From Macrostomum lignano (taxonomy: Eukaryota), in NCBI GenBank assembly GCA_002269645.1, contig NIVC01003368.1, positions 1 to 64,000 of the forward strand: a stretch of DNA of 64,000 bases, given 5' to 3'. The notes under the pieces were generated by a model. The model was not told the DNA's origin. It was given only the letters and a program-made list of their open reading frames with translations, and searched no databases. Of the stretch, positions 25,101 to 40,700 are shown piece by piece; the stretch's first letter is position 1, and every line of letters begins with the position of its first letter. Made by a program: the position numbers and the translations under genes.

Positions 25101-27049
25101 GGGGCGATTCTTAGGGACGAGTTTAGGGGCGATTCTTAGGGACGAGTTTAGGGGCGATTCTTAGGGACGAGTTTAGGGGCGATTCTTAGGGACGAGTTTA
25201 GAGTAAATTCTTAGGGAGGAGTTAAGGGGTGATTATTAGGGAGGAGTTTAGGGGAAATTCATAGGGAGTTTAGGTGCGATTCTTAGCAACGATTACGATG
25301 TAAAACCAGTTTAAACAAATCAAATAGGGCAAACCTGAAATTCCGAATAGTTATTAGCCAACTTTGCAGCATTTCGAGTTTTTGTCTCTTTAACAAAGCT
25401 CAACGCGAAATCGTTTACAGCCTCGTCGGAATCAAAATGGGTCAGGAATACAACACGGGCTCGATTCCTGAGCTGATCTGGCTTGTCTAGCAGAGCGGCC
25501 TGTTTTGTAGTTAGATACATCAGCATGGTCAGGCACTCGGATATGGCACCGTTTAGACTGAGACTGCTGTCAACAGGAGCACCTTCGTCGCGAAACACTT
25601 TTAACAGTTGGTCGTAGATCTGAAAATTTTTGTTAGAATTGTTCCAGTATGAAGAAATCGTCTGATCCTCACACTGGGAACTGATGACTGAGGGATGTGA
25701 CTTTTCTCAGACAGTGGGATCTGATGACAGGATTGTGACTCTTCTCAGCCCTAACACTGGGAACTGATGACTGAGGGTTGACTCTTCTCAGTACTGACAC
25801 TGGGAACTGATGACTGAGGGTTGTGACTCTTCTCAGTACTGACACTGGGAACTGATGACTGAGGGTTGTGACTCTTCTCAGTACTGACACTGGGAACTGA
25901 TGACTGAGGGTTGTGACTCTTCTCAGTACTGACATAGGGATCTGATGACTGAGGGTTGTGACTCTCAGTCCTGACATAGGGATCTGATGACTGAGGGTTG
26001 TGACTCTCAGTCCTGACATAGGGATCTGATGACTAAGGGTTGTGACTCTCAGTCCTGACATAGGGATCTGATGACTGAGGGTTGTGACTCTCAGTCCTGA
26101 CATAGGGATCTGATGACTAAGGGTTGTGACTCTGAGTACTGACACTGGGAACTGATGACTGAGGGTTGTGACTCTTCTCAGTACTGACACTGGGATCTGC
26201 TGACTGAGGGTTGTGACTCTCAGTCCTGACATAGGGATCTGATGACTGAGGGTTGTGACTCTCAGTCCTGACATAGGGATCTGATGACTGAGGGTTGTGA
26301 CTCTCAGTCCTGACATAGGGATCTGATGACTGAGGGTTGTGACTCTCAGTCCTGACATAGGGATCTGATGACTGAGGGTTGTGACTCTCAGTCCTGACAT
26401 AGGGATCTGATGACTAAGGGTTGTGACTCTGAGTACTGACACTGGGAACTGATGACTGAGGGTTGTGACTATTAGTCCTGACATAGGGATCTGATGACTA
26501 AGGGTTGTGACTCTGAGTACTGACACTGGGAACTGATGACTGAGGGTTGTGACTCTTCTCAGTACTGACACTGGGATCTGATGACTGAGGGTTGTGACTC
26601 TCAGTCCTGACATAGGGATCTGATGACTGAGGGTTGTGACTCAGTCCTGACATAGGGATCTGATGACTAAGGGTTGTGACTCTCGAAGCCAGGAATGCAG
26701 GCTTTAAAATCCTACTAAGTCCAGGTTAACTCACCTGATCCTCGCTAAACCAAGCTGTTAGAACCCTGGCCTCATCGTCCGCTGACACTAATGAGAAAAC
26801 TTTCTCATCGCACGGGAACAGGTCGAGCACAATCCGGCAATACTCTAGCACAGCCTCCACGGCGCAAGTCCATAATGTTTTAGAGAATAATTGGATTCTA
26901 TTACCAGCGGCCGCATGCTTGCTGCCTCCGATACTGTCCAAGTTGATCATCTCGTTACTAGACATGTTGAATGACTGACTGTGATCAATCACAATGACAG
27001 TCTTGTGATTAACTGGGAACATGCGCTCCCATTGCTCCTCTTGAGTCAT
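19169..27049 (-). CDS. INTS13: Integrator subunit 13 / Asunder homologue, 5 coding exons, one 1-nt deletion near 20660
   Basis: GT-AG exons 26735-27049 (HKTVIVIDHS...SKTLWTCAVEAVLEYCRI), 25335-25619, 23526-23921 (YNLASTCVQDIPMKEE...NYDVELLH...LKWLTPK), 20144-20862 (TDYRTSDF...YWPLTI...HAQ), 19169-19618 (VLTYL...RPEFHGRL...LYQHL); motifs match Asunder family. Confidence 0.92.
19769..20057 (-). mobile_element. Possible solo LTR in INTS13 intron 4
   Basis: Minus strand starts TGTGAC and ends GTGACA; internal AATAAA followed by GT-rich tract; no TSD found. Confidence 0.35.
20880..21110. repeat. 31-33-bp minisatellite in INTS13 intron 3
   Basis: GTCAGTGACATTTTGAACTCCCAAATCCTATGT variants. Confidence 0.85.
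22759..23047. mobile_element. 289-bp hAT-like MITE carrying a 28S rRNA fragment
   Basis: Perfect 14-bp TIR CATACATGCGCAAC; perfect 8-bp TSD CCCATAGT (22751-22758, 23048-23055). Confidence 0.9.
22865..22928 (-). pseudogene. 64-nt 28S rRNA-derived fragment (helix 69-71 region)
   Basis: GGGTAAACGGCAGGAGTAACTTTGACTGTCTTATTAGGTCAAAATGCCTCGTCAGCTACTTAGT; 52/64 ungapped identity to the recalled eukaryotic 28S consensus. Confidence 0.8.
24025..25285. repeat. ~24-25-bp G-rich minisatellite with two TTAGGG motifs per unit, INTS13 intron 2
   Basis: GGGGCGATTCTTAGGGGGGAGTTTA and variants. Confidence 0.93.
25672..26685. repeat. 42/45-bp minisatellite in INTS13 intron 1
   Basis: GACATAGGGATCTGATGACTGAGGGTTGTGACTCTCAGTCCT plus a 45-bp variant. 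Confidence 0.93.
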
Positions 27050-27241
27050 TTTTATATTAATTAAAAAATAACAAGTGAGAGGGGGCAGAAAATGAAAGAA
27101 AAATAGTGTTAACTAAATTCTAAACTAAAATGCTTATGTTAAATAAAGTACCTAAATTGGGCCCAATGTGCTACTGACAGCTCAGATGCAGCTATAGCGT
27201 GGCGCATCTGAAGGCTGCATACGGCTGTTCAGTCCAATGAC

Positions 27242-27426
27242 TGGGGGTCGCCACACACACCCTCAATTACCCCAGCTAAAGCTGGCACCCATTTTACAGC
27301 TGGGTGAACTGAAGTAATGCAGAATTAAGTGGCTTGATTAAGAACACAAATTGCTCCAAGTAGGTCAATAACCAAACATCTGACCTCCAGTCATAAGACT
27401 GATGCTTTAACCACTAGGCTATAACT
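27242..27426 (-). mobile_element. tRNA-derived CORE-like SINE, copy 2
   Basis: Reverse complement aligns to 10453-10620 (TAGCCTAGTGGTTA...TTCAGTTCACCCAGCTGTAAAATGG...GGGGTAATTGAGGGTGTGTG). Confidence 0.75.
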
Positions 27427-27523
27427 CTTAGTGGATAAACTATACATGATGCTATAAACATATCTAGCTTGTAAATCCCAGTGTCACAATATATGCCATG
27501 GTATATGCCAATACTAGCTATAA

Positions 27524-28309
27524 GGCTCATTCCATATAAGCATGGTCGTAACATGACAGGTTATTTTTACTTATAAAATGAAATCTAATAATAGAATATA
27601 CTAAACCAATATTTTAAATGAAAGATTATTTTGTCTAGAATATATTTATAGAGTTTCATATAGATATCATCATTAATATAGATGCTATTAAACCTTAAAT
27701 GACACTTATGGTCGTAACGACAGGATTTTTGACATATAGAAACTAAAAGGTAAAAGTCTTATAACATTTTTCATTTTTGATATTTTGCAATACATTTTTA
27801 AAATTTGACTAAGAACATCTTTAGAAATCATACTCTTTTATTAGAATATATAAACTCAAAAGGCAACAAAGATACAAAAGAAAAGGCAGCCTTATGGTCG
27901 TAACATTATGGTCGTAACATATTTTTTTCTGTCAATTCAGTAACTTTGAGGTACTAATACATTAAAAATATAATAGATTATTTGGTCACCAATGCTTTTA
28001 TCTGATGATGCAAGTACTATACTTTTATCTATAGTTTGTTTCAACCTTCAAAAGCTTTCTATTTGTTTTTAAAAGGTACAAAATCTTAATGATGTCTTTT
28101 GCTTCGAAAAATGTCCAAATTTTTACAAAAATGACTTTTTGCCAATTGATAACATACTAATCCAACATTTTATCATTTATTTATTCTTAGATTGTATATA
28201 TTGCACAATATAAACATTTGGTAAAAAAATAGGCTAATTAGGCAATGGCAAGCAAAAATATTGACTTTTTTCTATTTTCCAAATATGTCCATCTTATATG
28301 GAATGAGCC
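27524..28309. mobile_element. 786-bp non-autonomous TIR transposon, copy A
   Basis: 17-bp TIR GGCTCATTCCATATAAG; 4-bp TSD ATAA; AT-rich, no ORF. Confidence 0.9.
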
Positions 28310-29719
28310 ATAAGGCTTGTATACACCAGAAACTCTTTTGGTATTTTAACATGATTGGCAATTTGGTTTAATCATAAAATGTTTTTTAAATTTAAAAATT
28401 GTAACAAGACTATAAAGCAAATATTATTAATGTACTTTATTAAGGCCAGGCTCAAATAGTATATATTGATTTTGAGTATTAACTTTCTGTCTACTAGCAG
28501 ACAAAACAACTTTTTTTCTGGTGGAAAAATAAGATTAAGGTTCTAGTTCCATAGTCCTAGCCTATTAGGTGGACTTAAATGAATTAAGAAAACAATTTAT
28601 TATAAAGTAATTGTATAAATGACATTATTAATCTTTGCAAACATTTATATATAACATAATAAATATTTTAGTGTGCAATCAAAGCACAACTAATATAGCA
28701 TGCATTAGAAAAATAATTTTAAGGATAATCTATACAGTTTCTATGTCTTAATATACACTAGATTAAGAGATTATTATAACAAATTTGACCAAATTTATGC
28801 ACTAAAATATCAATATACCTAATGATTATATGCCAAATGCATCAAGCACTCTTAGCTAATTCCATTTTTTGTACCAAAGAAGAGCTACCTGGTCCACGAC
28901 ACTCAGCTTAACAAATGTTATAAAGTTTCTACCCAAAGCTAGTAGTCAACTAATGATTTATTTATCAGTCAAATAATGAATGAATGAATTAGTTAATTAA
29001 TTATTTATATTATCATTGACTACACACTAATATCAGCATATTTTCATAGCAACTTGATTGCAAAATCAGCCAATATAAGTCCATAGATATAGTATGAATT
29101 ATATCACTTGGGACTGAGATCTAAGGAAAGTTGACCACTGGTTTTGGGGTAGAAACTTTTATATATTGTTGAGTATATACAATTTGTAAATAATAAGGAA
29201 TAAGTAGACATTTTTGAATATATTGGCTATATACCCCAATCCTATAGTAATTTTATAAATACATCTTTTAACAAAATACTGTTGGACAAAATTTTATATC
29301 AAAATGCCTTTAATGCAAAATGCAAAATTATTCTTATGGCACTGTAGCAGGTAGGGATAAGAACTGCCTTAATAGTAACAACAAAAGATAAGCTATAAAC
29401 ATATAAATTACACCTATACTTCAATTACCTTTAGTTATTTTTAACTCATTATCAAAATATAATAAGACAAGCTGTTGAAACCCGCGGATTTTGAACCCGG
29501 GGAATTCCAATACCCGGAACTACTTTTGCATGTATTCTGAAATCTAAGGCCATACACAAATAAAAACTTGTTAATAGTTAGTAGGATAGAGGTAGACATA
29601 AAATGGAGCACATTCGTGTAAAATTAGGGTTTGAGACATTGTTGGCTGGGGTACTGCGCAGAATGTCAGGCAATGTCTGTCTGACTCTAAAACATATATT
29701 GCTAAAATTTTGGTCTCTC

Positions 29720-30990
<1,271 letters not shown>

Positions 30991-31679
30991 TCTGCCCCTC
31001 AGCTATGAGCTGGATTCTTTATCTGGCCTTTGAGGTAAAAGTCTGTCTATCCCTGCTTGGAAAGACAGTTTGTGGGACATAGTACTCTCATGGTTGTTCT
31101 CACGCTTTGATCACGTCATCTTTCTTGCCAATTTGCAGCCCTGAAAGGAATTTGTGTATCTTCAGCTCCACTGCAGTCTGCATCAGTGATCAGTCTAACA
31201 ACCAAGGAAATACGCATCTCTTAGGAGGCCATTTAATATTTACACAGTACCTTTCAAAGAAACCTAAAATTTCCATGGTGTGCCTAATTTAGTAGGGTTG
31301 TATTGCATTGCATTGCCTTATCATAAATCTTTCGCTTTTACAAACCATGCTGGATTCCCTCGATTTGCCATCCACTGTTAAACTGCTGCAGAGTTTGCCA
31401 ATACAGAGGACAGTGGTTAGAATTTCTCACTAAACTGTCATGGCTAAACGTAGCCTCTCCACGCTCGGGGGTACAGAGAAGGCTATTAAAAAGTTATTCC
31501 AAAACACTGTACATTTGCTATGTACATTCAGTCCTATCGCCTGACCCTTCGTCTGGGCTGGGGGAATGAGTGAGTGAGTGGCACAAACCACAGAAAAAGC
31601 AGACAAACTTCACATGCTTACAGTTTCTTTTTCGGTTGAGTTACAGAGTTGAAACTTTACATTTAGATAGAGAATGAGT

Positions 31680-32228
31680 CAATGAAGAATTGTGTCAAGT
31701 TTGAAGTCAATCGCTTTGCGTGGAGCAAACTTATGGCAGCTGAAAATTAGTCAATTTTGAAACCCTTTTACACATCTGGGCCCAGATCGGGAAAGAGAGG
31801 CAGGCGGGCGGAGGTTGGGGTGGTTGCTACGCTGAAAAAAACAGCCTAACTTTAAAAGCGCACAGCACCGCTCAGGATTAACTTTGATACTCGAAATTTT
31901 ACACGATTGTGACAAAATAGTTAAAGATAATCTGTGTCAAATTTGAAGAGAATCGGTAGAAGTGGAGCGGCGCTATGGAGGATTTAGTGAAAAAATCGCG
32001 CATTTTGAGCAGTTTTTTGCACTTTTAGGTAGGAAGACTCAAATTTAGGAAATTAAAAGATAGCCTAAGACATTCTCCGTAGTGAGTTTAGGGTGGGTGT
32101 AAAATTTGGTGTAATTTGGTTGAGTGGTTTGGGAGTCCATAGCGATCAAAATTGTCCACAGACACACAGACAGACAGACAGACAGACAGACACACAGACA
32201 GAGTTTTGATTTTTATAGTTAGAGATAT
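31680..32228 (+). mobile_element. Probable Helentron-associated (HINE/DINE-1-like) element
   Basis: (GACA)n microsatellite at ~32160-32200 just before a TTTTATAGTTAGAGAT end; left boundary uncertain. Confidence 0.4.
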
Positions 32229-32783
32229 CTATATTTTATCAAAAACACGAACAATTAAACTTATTTAAATGAGTTTAGGCCTATATGAATGAATTCCTAT
32301 TTGGTTGATAGATAGTACAAACAATGGTAGATTGTGTAGCGCACTTATGTTTGGCCATTATCTTAGTCCCTTACCTACTATGCAATGTCATTGTCTATAA
32401 AACACATAAAGGCCATTATTTCAGCATAGCAGTCTGGCAGCCATTATTTTAGTTGCTGGAAATGGTCATTATTTCATACTTTTTATCATGCTTTAATTGG
32501 CTGTTTTGAGAGTTATTTTACCCATAGACGACTGAGATGTGAGTCTTAGTTTGACCATAGACAACACTGTGATGAGTGCTGATTTCATTTGCATCTTGCA
32601 AGAAATCAGGAAAGCAGGTAGTATGAGGAAAAGCTTTTTGTCTTGTCAAACAACTATGGCTAGTGCATCTTTTCAAACAGCACCGCTTATTAATTGGAAA
32701 AATCTTCCTGTCAATGACTGAACAAACTGTGCAACCTATGCTTCAGTGGAGATAACACAAGCAATGTGGGTGAAGCATGGTAA

Positions 32784-33569
32784 GGCTCATTCCATATAAG
32801 ATGGACATATTTGGAAAATAGAAAAAAGTCAATATTTTTGCTTGCCATTGCCTAATTAGCCTATTTTTTTACCAAATGTTTATATTGTGCAATATATAGA
32901 ATCTAAGAATAAATAAATGATAAAATGTTAGATTAGTATGTTATCAATTGGCAAAAAGTCATTTTTGTAAAAATTTGGACATTTTTCGAAGCAAAAGACA
33001 TCATTAAGATTTTGTACCTTTTAAAAACAAATAGAAAGCTTTTGAAGGTTGAAACAAACTATAGATAAAAGTATAGTACTTGCATCATCAGATAAAAGCA
33101 TTGGTGACCAAATAATCTATTATATTTTTAATGTATTAGTACCTCAAAGTTACTGAATTGACAGAAAAAAATATGTTACGACCATAATGTTACGACCATA
33201 AGGCTGCCTTTTCTTTTGTATCTTTGTTGCCTTTTGAGTTTATATATTCTAATAAAAGAGTATGATTTCTAAAGATGTTCTTAGTCAAATTTTAAAAATG
33301 TATTGCAAAATATCAAAAATGAAAAATGTTATAAGACTTTTACCTTTTAGTTTCTATATGTCAAAAATCCTGTCGTTACGACCATAAGTGTCATTTAAGG
33401 TTTAATAGCATCTATACTAATGATGATATCTATATGAAACTCTATAAATATATTCTAGACAAAATAATCTTTCATTTAAAATATTGGTTTAGTATATTCT
33501 ATTATTAGATTTCATTTTATAAGTAAAAATAGCCTGTCATGTTACGACCATGCTTATATGGAATGAGCC
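32784..33569. mobile_element. 786-bp non-autonomous TIR transposon, copy B (inverted relative to A)
   Basis: Same TIR; own 4-bp TSD GTAA; near-identical reverse complement of 27524-28309. Confidence 0.9.
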
Positions 33570-34249
33570 GTAAGTATAATATGTCAACATTGTAAATAAA
33601 TTAGTGGCTATACTAATGGTTATATAAAAACTGTGAATTTCTACATTGTCTATTAATCTTCAGGTTGGATAGATTCAGAACATTCAGTTTGCTTCTTTGA
33701 GAATTGCCACTTCAAGGATTGCATGTTCAGTTTTAATGAACAACTTCTGATGAACAGTCCATGACTATTGTATTGTTTTTATGCTTAATGTGCACATTTT
33801 CCACTGTTTATTAGCTAAAATGTCTTGACTATCCCTTTTTCAATGTATTCCAGAATGCCATGTAGACTGTTTGCGATTATTCCCTTATGTTAATTAATAA
33901 ATGCATAGTTAACTAATTGTCTATGGTTCAAATGCCTGCTAAAGCTGAAATAATGGCTAGTTGAGTTTGTCATTAAGCCAGGCTATGTCTTAAAGACAAT
34001 TAATTTACTACAAGGGACAATCAAAAAGTTCTGTCACTGCTTAATTTTTTCTGCATGTGGGGCTTCTTTTGAATTGATTTTAGTTCTTACCATAGATATA
34101 TTATATCCCCTACTTAGGCATAAAGTTTTAAAGTTATTTTTGCTTAGCTCAAGAATCTATAACATTTTTTCTTCACTACCCCTGAGCAATTATGCCCTTT
34201 TCAAGCAAAGCCATACATGCTATCATCCATTATGAGTAGAGGTATGGCA

Positions 34250-35270
34250 TAGCAGCAAAGAAAATTGAAGCTTGTTTGTCAAAGCAACATGGAGAGTCTG
34301 CACCATTATATTGCACCATTATCCACTGGATTCATAGTTTTGAAGGAGGCAAAGGTGACTTCAAAGACAAACCTTGGAGTGGCAGACCTAGGACCTCTAC
34401 CAGTCAGAGTGTCATCAACAGTATTGAGAGCCTCCTTGACGAGGACAGGCAAGTGACTATTGCTAAGATAGCTGAGGCCTATGGTATCAGTTATGGCAGC
34501 ACGCAGTCCATCCTAATGGTCTAGCTGGGAATGTCAAAGGTTTGTGCCAGATGGGTGCCAAAACTCCTGACTGCAGAGATGCAGTGCAATTGGATGCAAA
34601 CATGTCAACACCTGCTCCACCTGATGCAGCATCGCCAAGATGAGTTTCTTGACTCTATTATGATGGGGATGAGTCAATGTTTTCTATGTACAAGCTGGAA
34701 ATTAAAGCTCAAAGCATACACTAGAAGTGCCCCAATGAATGAACCCACTCCAATGAAGGCCAAGACAATGCCATTGATGAAAAAGCAGATGGACACTATC
34801 TTCTGGGATTGGCAATGGGTGCTGCTCATTGAGTGGCTGCCTAAGAAGTCGATGGTCATAGGAGACTCTTACATTGCCACATTGCACCAGCTAAAGCCTA
34901 AAGGAAACAATCAAGGAGAAGAGGTATGGCAAGGTCACCAGGGGTATCTAGCTACTCCATGACAATGTGTCAGCACACACCTATCACAAGGCACAGGTTG
35001 CCATTTACAAGCTGGGGTTCAAACAGCTCTCACTCTGCTCATTTGCCAGACCTGGCCCTATTGGACTTCTGGCTGTTTCTGGTACTATAAAACTTGCTGC
35101 AAGGCTGCCATTAGGCTTCTGTGACTATATTGACATCCTTGGTAAACTAGTTGTGCAAATACCATGGTGAAGACTAGTATGATATGGGCATCTAGAAGCT
35201 ACTAGAGTGTTTGGCCAAATGTGTGTCACTATGTGGGAACTTTGTTGAGAAAGTGCAAGATGATTAACAG
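34250..35270 (+). pseudogene. Decayed mariner transposase
   Basis: SGRP, HTH segment, KVCARWVPKLL motif, TIFWD...LIEWLPK, HDN remnant; stops and frameshifts. Confidence 0.88.
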
Positions 35271-37746
35271 TCACATATTTGTTTGTTTTGTTTCTAGTTA
35301 ACAAAGTTATAGAGGATTACTATCAGTAGGGTAGAGCTGCCACCACTGTAATTATCATATTATGGAATGGAACCCATTAGTCTCAGTCAGCTTCCTTTGA
35401 GATGAAAACTGTTTGGTTAGGCCTATTTTACACCTTGCAGGCAAAGAACTCAAGATAGTTTATGGGCTTGATTAATTAATTGATAAAGATAAATGTGGTT
35501 AATTATTAATATTATTGGCTGAATATTAGGCTAGGGCTTATAAATGGTTGAGCAGGCATATAAATAATTTTAGATGACTGACAAAATTGAGGCTAGCAGA
35601 GCAGCTGTGTGCTAAGACTGGATAAGTTGCGGCGTGGACAGAAAAATTAAAACAACGTAACGATACAGACCAAAAGGGGAGAACATTGCGCTTGTCAAAA
35701 TGGCAGCAGCGTTTAAGGCAATCGTATAAATATTGTTATAAACTAAATTTTCAACAGACGGGGCACGGGGCAAGGCTTGAACGGCGCACCGGGCAAGGGG
35801 TGGGCAGAACGTCGGACAGGAGCATAATTCACACAGAAATAATGTTGAAAAATTAAGTAACCATGCAAGAGCGGGGAAACAAACGGACCACAGGTGGGAA
35901 AATAGAGAAAACAAAACTGGGACGGACGGAGACGGGTCGATAAAAAAAATTCCGAGGGTTGGAGCGCGTAATGATTTCGCAGAAAAAATTAAGTTCTCTA
36001 AAAAAGATTAACAGAAAATAAATGATCAAGGTGGCAACCCGGACCTGCCACAAAAGCTTTTATAGTTTGACCGTGAACAATCAACTCAGAAATAGACGGT
36101 GTGCACAATTTAAAATATATTGTGTGTTTAAACAAAACTTTTTAGTTTTCAAGATATGCTATAACATTTTAAAAGAACAGTTCTTTATCTGAAAGCAACT
36201 TTTGAGGTAAACCTTTTATTTATGGCTCAAAAAACTGTCAGCAAACCTCTTTTCCGTTATATTGTATTGATTGATCAATATTTGTACATGTACTATTTTT
36301 TTCTTTCATTCAGTGTCTGCTTCTTTTAATTCCCTATATAATCGTACTCGTCGTTTAGTTCGTTCGCAGTATCAGACGCCCTTTCAAATACTTACAAGGC
36401 TATTTGCCTGAGCAAAACTTGCTACTACTTCTACCACGTACTACTACATGGAACATAAACTTTAGCAAAGCGTAGAGTAATATTAAAGACCAAAAATGGA
36501 GCTATAGCTAATTGAGATTGCTAGCAATAACTCTACATGCCCGAGCTGAGCTCCTGCCTGTTTGAGGCTCCCATTAAATATTCCAGTTGGGATTTAGGAC
36601 GATCAAATAAGTACTTCAAGCAGGACAGTGGTCCTTGACGTCAAGTTGCATCGCTATACGAGTATGTTCCATCAGCATCAGCAAATCAAGTCTTGTCCTT
36701 GTGAGTACAAGACGTACAAGTATATCGAATATGCTTAGAAAGTCTGTCATGAAGACATTACCACATTAACACACGGATAAAATATAACGTGTTGCTATAT
36801 ACATGTATTACGTACATGCACTTCTAGGCGTGAAACAGTGCAAAAGTAAATACTCATTTGTTTTATTGCATCCTTTGCTCTTTTTGTTAAAATAAATCAA
36901 TAAAATGTTAAGGCTAAACATTTAACGCATAAGTAATAGAGGGTTAATATGATGTAAGCCAAAGCTGGTAAAAGCTGATAAGATAGGAATTATAAACTAG
37001 CTGTGAAAAAATACAGCACAAAATGAGAAAATTTCAAGCGCTAGTTGTGACTGAGATAAAAATAAGTACACGTACAATATAGTGAAAAGGCGATGTTACC
37101 AGAAAAAAAGTAAAAATTCGGGATTTTGGCTGAATTTAGACTAGATAAAGAAGTCTTCGTGATATTCTGCACTGAATGGCCGTACTGGAATAATTTCATA
37201 CAGAATCTCTACCGAGTAAAGTGTAAAAAATGCTTTGGCAAACTTCTAAGTTGAAAAAACACAACAGCAAATTGCAATAGAAAGCGGGCATTACAAGTGT
37301 ACAAAGACTACTAACATTTCTGTGTTCATATAGACGTGGAATTTCATAATAGACAAGAGATGCCTTGTTACAAAATTGACTAATAGGCAGCAATTGTAAT
37401 AAAAAGAATGCTAGATTAGAACAAAAAAATAATCCACTTCTCATTTTATAAATCTGCCAGTTTTAATGAGAAATAATGAGCAACGGGGGTTAGTGTCCAG
37501 GTTACTGTTAGATTGACTATTGGTAAACCTCACAGGGAACAAATAGGCAACAGAATTAAGACACAAGATTACACAAGTCCATGAACAGTAAACAGCTATT
37601 CCTACGGTTAAGGTGATTTTCTCAAGGTAACGTACAAATGTGCCTTTATCTGCTAGCGAGTCATTAAAGATCTTCCCTGGTGTAAAAGTATAGTAATTAA
37701 TCGAAACAAGTAATATTTCTCATTTTAAACTTGAACACAATTGAGT

Positions 37747-40700
37747 CTACTGCACCATCCGCCGCTGCCTCAACTCAGAACATCTGTTTAAACCTGACGT
37801 ACATTTCACAGCTGTTGGCTCCCTGCTGTTTGACTGTCGATCCTCCAAGACTGCGCTGAGTCTTGCAGCAGATGCTAGTCATAATAAAGTACAAATTTAT
37901 GGCTGTTATTACATCGCTTGAAGGTCACGACCCCAGATCAAGGCATCGATTCAAGGTCATAACCCCAGATCAAGGCATCATTTCAAGGTCACAACCCCAG
38001 ATCAAGGCATCATTTCAAGGTCACAACCCCAGATCAAGACATCATTTCAAGGTCACAACCTTAGATCAAGGCATCATTTGAAGGTCACAACCCCAGATCA
38101 AGGCATCATTTCAAGGTCACAACCCCAGATCAAGGCATCATTTTAAGGTCACAACCCCAGATCAAGACATCATTTCAAGGTCACAACCTTAGATCGAGGC
38201 ATCATTTGAAGGTCACAACCCCAGATCAAGGCATCATTTCAAGGTCACAACCCCAGATCAAGGCATCATTTCAAGGTCACAACCTTAGATCAAGGCATCA
38301 TTTGAAGGTCACAACCCCAGATCAAGGCATCATTTCAAGGTCACAACCCCAGATCAAGGCATCATTTCAAGGTCACGACCCCAGATCAAGTCATCATTTC
38401 ATGGTCACAACCCCAGATCAAGGCATCATTTCATGGTCACAACCCCAGATCAAGGCATCATTTCATGGTCACAACCCCAGATCAAGGCATCATTTCAAGG
38501 TCACGACCCCAGATCAAGTCATCATTTCATGGTCACAACCCCAGATCAAGGCATCATTTCAAGGTCACAACCCCAGATCAAGGCATCATTTCAAGGTCAC
38601 AACCCAAGATCAAGGCATCATTTCAAGGTCACGACCCCAGATCAAGGCATCATTTCAAGGTCACGACCCCAGATCAAGGCATCATTTCAAGGTCACGACC
38701 CCAGATCAAGGCATCATTTCAAGGTCACGACCCCAGATCAAGGCATCATTTCAAGGTCACGACCCAAGATCAAGGGATCATGGTAAGACCACGCCACGGA
38801 ATGGCTCTGATGAAAGTTCTCAGATGAAAGAATATTGGGTATTACTAAGATCTCGACCCTAGAGGATGGTACATCATCAAGGCCAGCACACCATTACCAA
38901 AACAGTTTGTATCGACCTGAACTCAAAGGAATAAAAAAAATGGATCTCAAATCTTACGCTTATTATCTTGTCCAATAGATCTAATTAGACATCGTTCATG
39001 ACTGACCACCTGTTGAACGTCGGTGTGCGTTTCTAAGAACTGGCGAGCCTTCCTAACGTGAAACGTAATAAAATTCCACATTAGGTAGCCTTGCAGTAAA
39101 CACACCACAGCCAAACAATTCAGCCTGAAAATTAGAAAAAAAGTAAATGTTGGATCTGGGACGTTAAGTGGCACTGCGACCTCGAGGGCATTCTAGAATC
39201 TACTGCCTTCCAACCTCCACTCTCATAAAACCAGGGATCTGCGACCCCGAGGCGTATCTGAGGCGTACCAGAGTCGCTCTTTATGAATTAGAATCACAAC
39301 TCCATTTAGTCTACTTAAGTTAGTAGAAAGTTATGCGCAAACAAAATGACTCTTCAGCGATTTTTGTCACGACAACATTTTCAACGCGTCACATACTACT
39401 CACCGAATAAACTTAGTATTGAAATTGCCCTCTCGAATAGAAATCCGATCGCGAGAGTTCTTCTCCAGACCCAGAGCAAACGTGAGGCCGGCCAGCGCTA
39501 CGGAGAACAGGCGGACAGCTACAAATACCAGATCCCATAGGGCGAAGCCATACCAAGCTGCTGAACGCCTGCCAGCTAAGCGCAGTAATCTTGAACAATG
39601 AAATATGATTTCAGCTAGATAGTGCAGCACTAGCAGCACTACTGCGATGCGATTCAGGTTTAACAGGTAGGCTCCGGCAATGCATAACAGATTTATGGCG
39701 TAGCGCTGGCCGCGCTCGGGCATTTCAGATGGGCTGACGCGCTGAGGATTAAGTTGAGGTGGTTGAGTCATTTGGATTGGTTTCGAAGTTTGATATGGTA
39801 GATTACAGTCTAAGCTGGTGGATTACAGCCTAGGGTGGTGGATTACTGCTTAAGCTGGATTTACAGCCTGAGTTGGTGGATTTACAGTCTGAGGCGGTGG
39901 ATTTACAGCCTGAGGTGGTGGATTTACAGCATGAGGTGATGGATTTACAGCCTGAGGTGGTGGATTTACAGCCTGAGGTGGTGGATTTACAGCCTGAGGT
40001 GGTGGATTTACAGCCTGAGTTGGTGGATTTACAGCCTGAGTTGGTGGATTTACAGCCTGAGCTGGTGGATTTACAGCCTGAGCTGAGGTGGTGAAGATAA
40101 GAGCCCGATTACTATTGCTTGGTTCCAAAGGACCCGAAGGCCGAAGTTTGCCCAGCCTAAGTGATAAATGAACAAAACAAAAAGCCCAAACAAAACCAGT
40201 AAATTTGATTGACTCACTTGAAAGTAGAGCTCGGGAAAGCAGTGCAACCAGTAGCAGATCTGGCAGATAAAATAGAACTTGAACCAGAATGACAGATACA
40301 GATGAGGATAGCCGGTCCACAGAGTCGAGATAGAGGCTAACAGGCGCTCCTTATAGACAATATTAGCGCCCCACAGGAAGCTGATCAGATAGAATAGAAG
40401 TAGCTGGCTTATTTCACTAATTTTACCATACTGAGACTTAGAAAAATGCAAACGCTTGTAGAGTCGGTCGATAATATATTCTTGAACTACAGCATGAATT
40501 ACAATAGCAATGAGGGTGTAGAATAGACAGGTTAGTAGATCCCGATAGCCAGCCGTGTAGAGAGTGCCAACGCGATTGACAGTGTCTTGCATAGACGCCT
40601 GGTTGCCTAGTCACAAAAGTAAGTATTAAATATTAGAATAATTAGATCTATGGATTTATTTGAAAAGAACAAGATTAAGTGTCAAAGAATAACAATAAAG

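Noticed and set aside
25672-26685. Satellite hammerhead ribozyme (CTGATGA followed by a stem)
   Set aside because: No GAAA after stem II and no cleavage triplet
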